Shown one piece after another: positions 19,647-28,194 of a stretch of 64,000 bases of DNA. The notes beneath the pieces are model-generated. The model was not told the DNA's origin, did no database searches, and saw nothing but the letters and a program-made list of their open reading frames with translations. Position 1 is the stretch's first letter. The number at the start of each line of letters is the position of its first letter. The DNA is taken from positions 96,001-160,000 of IMG/VR virus record IMGVR_UViG_3300037466_002980; one strand, written 5' to 3'. Position numbers and translations under genes: made by a program. The DNA comes from a virus. Lineage: Duplodnaviria; Heunggongvirae; Uroviricota; Caudoviricetes.

Positions 19647-22436
19647 TTAGGTATTTGTTAAACTTGTACCAGTATTTACGATACGGATTGGAATATAGAT
19701 AAATTCGATAGCCTTGGTTGGTTGAATTGCAACATCAATCCAAAGTTCATTTCTATCGATTCTAGCTGGTGTGTTATTGCTTGTGTCACACACAACCAAA
19801 TAATCATATAAACCACGTAACGTAATAAGCTCAGATAGGAATCTGTTAAACGCTTCTGTTACAGCCTTACGTGTGATTGAATCGTTTGGCTGGAACAAGA
19901 ATGGTTGAGCTAATTGGTCAAGTTGATAGCGCAAGTAGTTTTCTAAACGAACTACGTTGATACGATCAGTCGCGCTCGCATACGATTGTCTTGTCTTCTG
20001 TCCATAAATTACAATACCACCATTTGGCATTGTTCTAATTGGGTTAATTCCGTTTTGATATAGAATATCACGTTGACCTTCGTTCAACTTAACCGGAACA
20101 TATTGACCAGAACTGTTAACATAACCAACTGATGCAGCATTGTTTACAACACCACGTTGTAGACCAGCTGGTGCAAACCATGGATATGCTACCTGATCGT
20201 TGTAAGCAATAGTTCTAAGAGCCATATGCGAAGGTGGAACAACAACATCTGTTCCATCAACATTGGTACTCAATCCCGATGGATACCATGCAGCAAAATA
20301 CTTACTTGCCGAAATTAAACCATCAGGTCCATTATCGATTGCCGCAGAACTATTGGTTGCCCAATTTTGTAAAGAAGTTCCAGTTGAAGATAATGTAAAT
20401 GGTGTATCACCAACGACAAATGCCGTATCTTTTCTATCATCGTTAAGTGCTAACATTTCATCAATAGCTTCAACAAATCCCGGAGCAGCAATTAGGTTAA
20501 AGAATAAATCTTCTGCTCTAATTTCTTCGTTACCAACAATCTGTGCTTGAATTGCATCAACAATAACATGTTGTTGAGCGGCGGCACCCATATATGGAAC
20601 ACCGTTTGCTTGATTTCCGGACTTATTAACCCAACGACCTGTTGAATTATTATTTGTATCATCAGCAGAAGCTGTTACTCCATCAAATACATATGGAGAA
20701 TGCCATTCTTTCACGTTATCCGATGAGTATCTTGTATTCCATAGCAAGAATCCTTTTGGATAAAGTGCTGCATTAGGTGCATCTGGATCCAAGTCTGGAT
20801 TATTTCCACCGCCGTTGTTTTCGCCAGTATATGTACCATTATGGTATAATGGGTTAGGACGAGCATCTTGGAAAATAATACCATTTGGGGTAGTCTGATC
20901 TGAATTACTGACCAGTGCCCATGCCGAACCACTCCAACGATAAATTACAGGATATGGTTGAGCATCTGTCTTAACCCAAATATCACCCTTAATTAATGTT
21001 GGTGCTGGAACGTTGTCCTGTGGATCATCCGCCTGTGGATACAATGTTGGAGAACCAACATCAACCGGAATAGCATTAAATCCTGGAAGATTAATATTAA
21101 TCCAAGAATCAACACCGTTAGCCATTAAAATATCAATTGTTGAAGTACCATCACTATTAAGTCCAAGCAACGAATTAAACCACAATTGTCCATTTGTCGG
21201 ACCTTGTGTTGGTGTTGTCTTTGAACCAACGATAGTTTCTAGAGCACTCCATGGGCCCGAAGCTCCACTGGATAACCTAAATTCAAACGTATTATTTGCT
21301 GTAACGCCTGTACCACTTTGAACTGGCTCAATGTAAATCTTTCCATTTGAACCATTTGTATCAGTACTATAATATGTATTAGCTGCCGAGTCACTTGCAA
21401 GAATTGGAGCTTCAACCTGCAAGAATGATTGTGCGGTTGCATCCATTTTACGCAATACAAGGTTTGCTCCTTGTGCTGCAGATGTGGTCTTAACCCAATA
21501 TTCTTGTGTTGTTGAAGAACTTGTTAAATCTGGCCAAACAGCCTGAATTGTCATTTCAAAAGATGCTTTTACAACAGTAGCACCACCGGATAAAGCAACA
21601 CTTGGAGCATTATTAACAGTAAAAGTAGTAGAACTATTAACTGCGGTAATCACTGTATCAGCAGCAAAAGTACCTACACCGGCCGAAATTGTTGGAATCA
21701 TACCAACTGCAAGTCCTGTGGTACTTCCTACCGTAATAACTGTGCTGGCAGATGTGGCGCCGGCTGCAGAAGTATATGCGGTTGTTCCAATTTGGGTCCA
21801 TGTGCTTCCCACCTTTCTCCAATATGAAAGCATACCAGATGCGGTCTGGAATACAACTGCATGATTACCATCAACACCATCAGTGTTAATTGGTGTATTG
21901 CTTGTACCAGTCGAAAAATTATATACGAAATTTGGTGTTACTGCTGTCCATACTTCGTTGGGTGAAGTTCCTGTACGAACAAATAAACCATATGAAGAAC
22001 CAGTTGGCAATGCAGATTCATCAAACCAATATGTACCGGTTGCGGCAGCACTAGTTGGTGCTATCGGGGTTGGTTCTAATTGTGATGTATCAACATCAGC
22101 ACGAACTACTCGCACTAAATTCGATAAACCAAGATATGAATAAGATGCCAATAAACCATATTCGTTTAATGGATATCCATTTAATGAAGTACCACTAATT
22201 GAATAAAATACAGGATCACCAAAAGTAGAAACTAGTTCTCTTTGAGAAGTAATAGACCATACCTTTCCAGCAGTCGCCTTAGTGGTTCCTGGTGCAACGG
22301 TTGCCTGGCCGGTAGGATCTGCCTTATCCTGTTGAGTTGCGATGAAGATTAAAGGTACTGTACCAGGTCCTGCACCAACATTGATGCTCTGATCGATAAC
22401 TGATATGCTTACGCCTGGAGATAGTAAAGTTGCCAT
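19647..22436 (-). CDS. Tail sheath protein (gp18-like)
   Basis: LLSPGVSISVID, PWFAPAGLQRG, RDILYQNGINPI, DRINVVRL, CDTSNNTPARIDRNEL. Confidence 0.95.
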   Translation of the reverse strand: MATLLSPGVSISVIDQSINVGAGPGTVPLIFIATQQDKADPTGQATVAPGTTKATAGKVWSITSQRELVSTFGDPVFYSISGTSLNGYPLNEYGLLASYSYLGLSNLVRVVRADVDTSQLEPTPIAPTSAAATGTYWFDESALPTGSSYGLFVRTGTSPNEVWTAVTPNFVYNFSTGTSNTPINTDGVDGNHAVVFQTASGMLSYWRKVGSTWTQIGTTAYTSAAGATSASTVITVGSTTGLAVGMIPTISAGVGTFAADTVITAVNSSTTFTVNNAPSVALSGGATVVKASFEMTIQAVWPDLTSSSTTQEYWVKTTSAAQGANLVLRKMDATAQSFLQVEAPILASDSAANTYYSTDTNGSNGKIYIEPVQSGTGVTANNTFEFRLSSGASGPWSALETIVGSKTTPTQGPTNGQLWFNSLLGLNSDGTSTIDILMANGVDSWININLPGFNAIPVDVGSPTLYPQADDPQDNVPAPTLIKGDIWVKTDAQPYPVIYRWSGSAWALVSNSDQTTPNGIIFQDARPNPLYHNGTYTGENNGGGNNPDLDPDAPNAALYPKGFLLWNTRYSSDNVKEWHSPYVFDGVTASADDTNNNSTGRWVNKSGNQANGVPYMGAAAQQHVIVDAIQAQIVGNEEIRAEDLFFNLIAAPGFVEAIDEMLALNDDRKDTAFVVGDTPFTLSSTGTSLQNWATNSSAAIDNGPDGLISASKYFAAWYPSGLSTNVDGTDVVVPPSHMALRTIAYNDQVAYPWFAPAGLQRGVVNNAASVGYVNSSGQYVPVKLNEGQRDILYQNGINPIRTMPNGGIVIYGQKTRQSYASATDRINVVRLENYLRYQLDQLAQPFLFQPNDSITRKAVTEAFNRFLSELITLRGLYDYLVVCDTSNNTPARIDRNELWIDVAIQPTKAIEFIYIPIRIVNTGTSLTNT

Positions 22437-22479
22437 TGTAATTTTAACTCCTTAGAAGAATTATATTCTTTGTTATGAG

Positions 22480-22487
22480 TATTTATC
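22480..22487 (-). promoter_or_regulatory. Late promoter GATAAATA (T4 TATAAATA-like); representative of many copies
   Basis: Same 8-mer at 158, 12133, 16166, 18847, 19559, 24019, 26592, 31276(+), 36569, 47832, 51003, 56971, 63712, each upstream of a gene or candidate RNA, many of them structural. Confidence 0.85.
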
Positions 22488-22548
22488 AAGGCAACTAACA
22501 AATATAATGGAAATACCACCAGATAATTTCCAATAGGAATTAGATTAT

Positions 22549-23181
22549 TTATAAAATCACATCAATAATATTTCTTATTTGATTATTTAGATCTTCAATG
22601 GATCCATTATTATCAATTTGATAATTAACTTCACTACCGACCCATGCCCATTCACTTAAATGGGCTTCCGAATAGGTTTTGGTCATAACCTCTTTGGCCA
22701 AAGAATTTCCTTGATTTGCTTTAATTGCAGTTTCATACCAGACAGGCAATGGACCCCTAGAAACCCTAACTAGAATACCATTTTGTTCTTTGATAAATTT
22801 TACTTCATTTGGAAAACGAACATCACTAATTACCACATGTTGATTAGGATTTTTTCTAATTCGATTTTCTAATGTTAAAAACCAAATATCGGGATTAAAG
22901 TTATTTCTTAATGCATCAGTGCCAATTAATTGCAAAGCCAATCTCGGAGTAAAATTAGGAATATTCAATTTTGACGACCACCATGGATCTACAATTTCTC
23001 TCCATTCTCTGGATTCGTCTGTATCGCCTTCGAGCATGTTTCTTGGCCAATCGAACATAACTGCACAAGCATCTTTCAAACTTGTTGCAAAGCTATCCTG
23101 CCTAAAACCATAATCCCTAACTAAATTGGTTGCAACGGTTCCTTTGCCACTATTAATAAATCCAAGTATTCCAACAATCAT
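22549..23181 (-). CDS. Deoxynucleoside monophosphate kinase
   Basis: GILGFINSGKGT, SFATSLKD, TPRLALQLIGTD, VISDVRFPNE. Confidence 0.92.
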   Translation of the reverse strand: MIVGILGFINSGKGTVATNLVRDYGFRQDSFATSLKDACAVMFDWPRNMLEGDTDESREWREIVDPWWSSKLNIPNFTPRLALQLIGTDALRNNFNPDIWFLTLENRIRKNPNQHVVISDVRFPNEVKFIKEQNGILVRVSRGPLPVWYETAIKANQGNSLAKEVMTKTYSEAHLSEWAWVGSEVNYQIDNNGSIEDLNNQIRNIIDVIL

Positions 23182-23185
23182 AAGA

Positions 23186-23222
23186 AAGCCCCTAATGTTG
23201 TAGTAATTATCACTAGGGGCTT
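23186..23222 (-). terminator. Hairpin/terminator after neck gene
   Basis: AAGCCCCTA...TAGGGGCTT inverted repeat. Confidence 0.6.
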
Positions 23223-23241
23223 GAATTATATGATTTTTTAA

Positions 23242-23994
23242 TTAACCAATAACAAATCCGTATCCGTCTCCGCTTGTAACTAGATTCAACAATTCTAATT
23301 CTAGTTTATCAATTTCTGTTTGAGCTTCTTGTTTTAAAGTTGCTCCATTTAATTGAACTGTTCCGGTGGGTCCAGGAAATCCTCCTGGAAATTTATCTCT
23401 GGCTTCACCTAAATAATATTTTGCTTTGGCAGTAGCATAAGAAAATAACCATGGGGAAGTATAAGGATCTGAAATTAGATCATCATCTGATTTCTTCACA
23501 TATACACGTACATCAACATCCTCATCTGCTGTTGGCCTTCTAATTAAAGTAAGAAGGTGCATATTTGGATCCCATGTAAAATTATATTGACTAGCAAATA
23601 GACGTTCTGTTGTTTCTAAGAATTCATTATAAAAATCCCAGGTTGCTAATCCACCTGTTCTATTTGGTTGTAAAAGATAGATATTATAGAAAGCAGCGTC
23701 AACAGGATCAAAATTAATACCACCGTTTGTATATGCTCCTACACCACGACGATATAAACGTCTTACTTGTTGAACTTCTTCAGGTAAGGTATATTCTACA
23801 ACATCCCTTGTTACATGAAGGAAAATATCTTTTTCTAGAAGAGCACCATCAGATCTTTGTCTTAGTTTCTGAAGTCCAAAAGAAATAGCAAGTTCAATAT
23901 GTTCAGAATCCAATTCAATATCAGTCATTTGGTCACCGAGTGCTAATCGGATTCCTCTGGCTAATTCTAGCCTTGGTGTTGATTGTGAAGACAT
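23242..23994 (-). CDS. Neck protein (gp13-like)
   Basis: IRLALG..MTDIEL, WLFSYATAKAKYYLGEARDKF, GTVQLNG, FVIG; start at MSSQST after GGAG. Confidence 0.85.
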   Translation of the reverse strand: MSSQSTPRLELARGIRLALGDQMTDIELDSEHIELAISFGLQKLRQRSDGALLEKDIFLHVTRDVVEYTLPEEVQQVRRLYRRGVGAYTNGGINFDPVDAAFYNIYLLQPNRTGGLATWDFYNEFLETTERLFASQYNFTWDPNMHLLTLIRRPTADEDVDVRVYVKKSDDDLISDPYTSPWLFSYATAKAKYYLGEARDKFPGGFPGPTGTVQLNGATLKQEAQTEIDKLELELLNLVTSGDGYGFVIG

Positions 23995-24031
23995 AGTGTA
24001 TCTACTCCTAAGATACACTATTTATCAATTT

Positions 24032-24487
24032 TTAACTATCTAATGTTCCACGCTTCATCACCAAGGCATCATCTAATGCATTATGCACCTTAAGATTTCC
24101 TTGTTTATACAATTTATCGCTTACTTCACTGGGAACATATACAAGATAATAATTCTTGAGCAAATTCGGTGGCCACAGTGTATCTAACATTGGTTTTAAG
24201 AATGGAAAATCCCATCCCGGATTATCCATTGCCAACATACATTCTTCATTTCGTTCTTCAATCCATTTACACATTTCAGCGGCACATTTATACCATGACA
24301 TTTGATATTTTGCACCTTTTAAATATGGCAGAACATCAGTTTTAACAAACAAAGAACAATCGGAAATATTCCATGTATCAGTTAATTCAGCATAAAAATA
24401 GTTCTCATTCTCATCGACCAAAGCAATACTGATAAGCTTTGCACCTGGTCTGAGATCGGTAAATTCTGTATCTAAAAATAGCTTCAT
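24032..24487 (-). CDS. DEDD-family 3'-5' exo(ribo)nuclease
   Basis: LFLDTEF, LISIALV, HNALDDA. Confidence 0.85.
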   Translation of the reverse strand: MKLFLDTEFTDLRPGAKLISIALVDENENYFYAELTDTWNISDCSLFVKTDVLPYLKGAKYQMSWYKCAAEMCKWIEERNEECMLAMDNPGWDFPFLKPMLDTLWPPNLLKNYYLVYVPSEVSDKLYKQGNLKVHNALDDALVMKRGTLDS

Positions 24488-24497
24488 GTTATCCTAT

Positions 24498-24701
24498 TTA
24501 TTTGTCTCTATATGCTGAATAGACATTAACGTCCCACCCATATGATTTAAAAAATTCATCAATCTTTTTCTCCACATGCGGAGAGAAAAATTTAAGTTTA
24601 CAACAATCAGAATATAATTCAGAAGATGCCCATATTTCTCTCATATCATTATAGGTAGGGCGTCGTAGAATTCTAAGAGTGTCTTCTTCGGTTTTTATCA
24701 T
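24498..24701 (-). CDS. Small hypothetical protein, paralog A
   Basis: TEEDTLRILRRP..Y..M..IW, SYGW shared with next ORF. Confidence 0.75.
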   Translation of the reverse strand: MIKTEEDTLRILRRPTYNDMREIWASSELYSDCCKLKFFSPHVEKKIDEFFKSYGWDVNVYSAYRDK

Positions 24702-24704
24702 TTT

Positions 24705-24902
24705 TTAAAAGTTACACCGAATAGAATTATTTGTATATTCTTCTACTGTCCATCCATAAGAATGAAATAAACGTCTGATTGCAATTTGCAAATCGGGATA
24801 ATTCGAAATTTTATCTTTATACTCTTCTGAATTTATCCAGATATTTTTCATTTCATGGTAGCTAGGTCGTCTTAAAATTCTAAGAGTGTCTTCTTCGGTC
24901 AT
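24705..24902 (-). CDS. Small hypothetical protein, paralog B
   Basis: TEEDTLRILRRP..Y..M..IW, SYGW. Confidence 0.75.
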   Translation of the reverse strand: MTEEDTLRILRRPSYHEMKNIWINSEEYKDKISNYPDLQIAIRRLFHSYGWTVEEYTNNSIRCNF

Positions 24903-25132
24903 TTTAAAAATTCTAGTTTCGTTATTTGTATTTTTGGTATAGATATTACACCCGCTATGTGGCTCTTACCTATGCTCTGGGCAATTAAAAATCTTTCATC
25001 ATTATCATTAACGATATAACCTACCGTTTCGATTCGATTGGAACTATAATTTTCTATTTCGGATAATTGCACCCATCCGGATGATACCACACCCGAATCT
25101 ATCCAAGAAACTTTTACAATTTTATCTTTCAT
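24899..25132 (-). CDS. Small hypothetical phage protein
   Basis: VSWIDS..GW..IETVGY..IAQS..IPK; ATGA coupling. Confidence 0.65.
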   Translation of the reverse strand: MKDKIVKVSWIDSGVVSSGWVQLSEIENYSSNRIETVGYIVNDNDERFLIAQSIGKSHIAGVISIPKIQITKLEFLK

Positions 25133-26268
25133 TTGTCGATCCTTAAAATCACACAATGTTCATTTAACTTTCCGTTTGCCGAAACATCAACAGTCGAAAG
25201 GTCTTTTAAAAATGTTCTAAGTTTTACCTTGCTTGCCTTCTTAAACTCTGCTAACGTCTCTGCAGGTTTACGTAGCGTTTTTTCTTTAGAATCTTGCGAA
25301 TAATTCTCTAATCCTGTGCCCTTAACAGCAAGGCCACGTTCGTCAATTGCTTTGTAATGTGCTAATTTTCTAGTCTTGGTGTTATAGATCCAGAGTTCCT
25401 TAGAACCTAAAATTTGAACTGGATTTTGACTAACAATACCTAACGTTGGATCTTCTTTCTTATATTTTAGTTTTGATACTAATTTTTCTTGCGATACAGG
25501 TTTTTTCTTTCTTGGTGTTCTATTTGCCTTAGCCACCTCCTGAAGCATATCACATGCAGAACTAAAATTATCAAACATAGAATTTAATTTCTTAAAATCC
25601 GATCTTCCAACTCTAGGATAACATTCTAATAATTCTTTATCTTTTGTTTCAGATAAAAATTTAAAGTTTTCAATCCTTTTAGATAACGCATTTCTTAAAA
25701 AATTCATATGAACAGATTTTAAATCATTAGTTTTGAATAATGCAACAAAATCATCTATTGTTTTAGTCGGATGTTCCTTAATAATAAAAAAATCATCCAC
25801 CCAACCTTCGATTTCTCCAGCAACTTCCCTAGCCTTTTCCCTAAGTCTATCTTGAATTGTAATTTTGAATGTTTCTTCTTTTTCTTCTTTTTCTTCAATC
25901 AAGGAGATATTTTTAACAACTCGTTGTTCCTCTTCCTCGATAATCTTTTCAAGTGATTCAATTAATTTCTCGTTTACATTATCAGGCAATTCTCCACCAT
26001 GATTTAAAATGAAAAAATATTTTCCAATTGTAATGAATCTATTTTCATTTAAATCTTTTATCCTATCTAAAAGAGGATCTTTAGCATTCTTAGTTTTTAG
26101 ATATTTAATAACCTCTTTCTTCAATTCTGAAGATTTCATTTCATAATGTGCATACATCAATGCGGCATTATAATTAGATGTATAATTCTTATGTTCCTTC
26201 TTTAAAATAGAAAAATCTGGTTTAGCCCAGCCGAAAAATACAGCCGCAGGTTTATTCTTAGATCCCAT
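25129..26268 (-). CDS. Hypothetical protein of T4-like phages
   Basis: 379 aa; ELWIYNTKTRKL, KTLRKP, NGKLNEHCVIL. Confidence 0.75.
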   Translation of the reverse strand: MGSKNKPAAVFFGWAKPDFSILKKEHKNYTSNYNAALMYAHYEMKSSELKKEVIKYLKTKNAKDPLLDRIKDLNENRFITIGKYFFILNHGGELPDNVNEKLIESLEKIIEEEEQRVVKNISLIEEKEEKEETFKITIQDRLREKAREVAGEIEGWVDDFFIIKEHPTKTIDDFVALFKTNDLKSVHMNFLRNALSKRIENFKFLSETKDKELLECYPRVGRSDFKKLNSMFDNFSSACDMLQEVAKANRTPRKKKPVSQEKLVSKLKYKKEDPTLGIVSQNPVQILGSKELWIYNTKTRKLAHYKAIDERGLAVKGTGLENYSQDSKEKTLRKPAETLAEFKKASKVKLRTFLKDLSTVDVSANGKLNEHCVILRIDK

Positions 26269-26335
26269 ACCTATCCCTTTTTGTAATACTTTTTTATTTT
26301 AGTTGTTACAAATCGAACAATGCAAGATTCTTGGT

Positions 26336-26506
26336 TTAATCTTCGTTTCTATTCTTGTTCTTATGCTTCTCTTTACGAGAATATTTCTTTGTTTCGTGAG
26401 AACCTGCACCAGAATGTTGGGCATTCTTAGCAACAAAATTTCTAGCAGGAGGTGATTTTACAATCTTCTTACTAGATTTATTTTCAAAAAGTTCTATTAA
26501 TTTCAT
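26336..26506 (-). CDS. Small basic late protein
   Basis: MKLIELFE start; RNFVAKNA..SGAGSH..KKYSRKEKHK. Confidence 0.65.
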   Translation of the reverse strand: MKLIELFENKSSKKIVKSPPARNFVAKNAQHSGAGSHETKKYSRKEKHKNKNRNED

Positions 26507-26510
26507 AGTT

Positions 26511-26588
26511 AAAAAATATGGGAGGCGGTAGCGAATGCCTCCCATAGACGCCTTTCGACGTAACCCACAATGGTCCTAAGGGGGTTAT
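26511..26588 (-). ncRNA. Candidate late small RNA ending in a terminator
   Basis: Late motif 26592-26599, then TAACCC/GGGTTA, ACGTC-GAAA-GGCGT and ATGGGAGGC/GCCTCCCAT+T6. Confidence 0.45.
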
Positions 26589-26594
26589 CAATAT

Positions 26595-26981
26595 TTATCG
26601 ATCTTTCTTAAAATGTAGATAATTTGTAAGAATTGATCGAATATTTTCTGCCCCAACTGGATTTTTACTATGAACTGAAAAATTAAAATCCTTAGGCATC
26701 GTTTGATTATTCATATCTTGTTCTATTAACCATTTAGCGAAATCGTAGCCAGAAGGATCTTTACTTTCTTCTGTCATCACGATAATACCATGTTCATTGG
26801 TATCATAAATATCAAATCCCAAATCATGGTCGAAACTAATAAAATTAGGAAACCCATTTTGATTTACCCAATTTACAGCTTCCTTATAGGATCGGACAAT
26901 TTCCCAATTGACATTATGTGGAATTTTAACCCACGTAACATCATGTGGAACCCTAACATCGTCTAAAAAAAGATATTTCAT
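26595..26981 (-). CDS. Cyclic-phosphate-processing receiver-domain protein
   Basis: LFLDDVR, VRSY.E, ISFDHDLG, SGYDFAKWL, VHSKNPVG. Confidence 0.75.
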   Translation of the reverse strand: MKYLFLDDVRVPHDVTWVKIPHNVNWEIVRSYKEAVNWVNQNGFPNFISFDHDLGFDIYDTNEHGIIVMTEESKDPSGYDFAKWLIEQDMNNQTMPKDFNFSVHSKNPVGAENIRSILTNYLHFKKDR

Positions 26982-26985
26982 ATCA

Positions 26986-27260
26986 AAAAAAAAATGGTAG
27001 CAAGACTTTTACATCTTGCTACCACCGAGTATATACTGGATTCCCCTGCAATGTCAAATTGCCCCAGTTCCCCCACCTATATAAAAGGTGCCACCGCGGT
27101 TACATTTCCATGATAGTAGAAAGTGCCGCGCCATGGGTTTTTAGCAGCATGTTGCCCGTTAACAGACATTTTTCACATAGGCCCCAAAACCCCACCATAG
27201 GTTCTCAACCGGCCCTATCAGGCCATATACTCAGCAAACATCAACACACACCTCTTTTAT
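26986..27260 (-). ncRNA. Candidate GC-rich structured RNA after rIIB, ending in terminator
   Basis: GC-rich island with multiple stems; TGGTAGCAAGA-TGTAAAAG-TCTTGCTACCA + T-run. Confidence 0.45.
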
Positions 27261-27273
27261 TGTTCAACACACA

Positions 27274-28194
27274 TTAGACAGTACCGTGAGGAACCATCTT
27301 CAATCTAGCTTTCTTTTGTCTATCGTTCTTTTCAAGTTGCTTTTGAGCTTCTTCAAAGGTCATACCCTGGTATTCAAGTTGGTTATTGCTAACCCGAACC
27401 AAATCATACAAATTATCGGACGATGTATTGGTATCGACTGGTGCCGGAGAAACGTCTTGAACTGCCTTTGTAAAGGCTTCTGCCGGATCTCCATTAACCT
27501 GTCCAACTACCGTATATTTGCAACAACGACCTTTTGCACCATCATAATCCTTCGGAATACTAACTACATCAGCAGGATTAATTTTCAAAATCATAACAGG
27601 CTCATCTTGAGAACCGAAATGATTCAAATAAGTTTCGCTGCAAAAATGCAATCCTGCAGAACAATATGAATCGGGATTATCGTCAACTAAATTTCGTGAC
27701 ATAGAAACAGTTTGCCCAACACTATTATCATATGTGCCACTATGAATATCTTTATAATCCTTACGAACTCTCTTATAGGCCAAGAAATGTCCATCGCTTG
27801 TAATAGGCAATTTATTCTTTTCAAGGAATCCATACATTTGATCAACTGATCTCTTCGAAGGATTTTCCATAAGGTTTTCCATGAAACGAACCATCGGATC
27901 AATAGGAAAACCATCTTGATACATTTCAATCATTCGTTGAGCAAGCGAGTTATGGAACTCAACACCCTTCCACATAACCTTATTACCAACAATTGAAACA
28001 AAACCTTGTCCAAAATTAACAAGAGCTTTCTTAGGTTCAACTAGATCACGCAAAGTGTCCCAATCTTGATTCTTTAATGCTTCAAGAATCTTCACATAAG
28101 AAATATGTGTATCTTTATTAATGGTATGACTCTTATTGTCTACCACAAGGATAATATTCTTACCTTGAATAAGATACGGAACGGGTTCAGTCAT
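27274..28194 (-). CDS. rIIB: rIIB lysis-exclusion protector
   Basis: LPITSDGHFLAYKRV, CSAGLHFCS, KINPADVVSIP.DY...KGRCCKY. Confidence 0.9.
   Translation of the reverse strand: MTEPVPYLIQGKNIILVVDNKSHTINKDTHISYVKILEALKNQDWDTLRDLVEPKKALVNFGQGFVSIVGNKVMWKGVEFHNSLAQRMIEMYQDGFPIDPMVRFMENLMENPSKRSVDQMYGFLEKNKLPITSDGHFLAYKRVRKDYKDIHSGTYDNSVGQTVSMSRNLVDDNPDSYCSAGLHFCSETYLNHFGSQDEPVMILKINPADVVSIPKDYDGAKGRCCKYTVVGQVNGDPAEAFTKAVQDVSPAPVDTNTSSDNLYDLVRVSNNQLEYQGMTFEEAQKQLEKNDRQKKARLKMVPHGTV

Noticed and set aside
27059-27277. 72-aa plus-strand ORF
   Set aside because: TTG start without SD, opposite to local transcription, overlaps a structured GC-rich island
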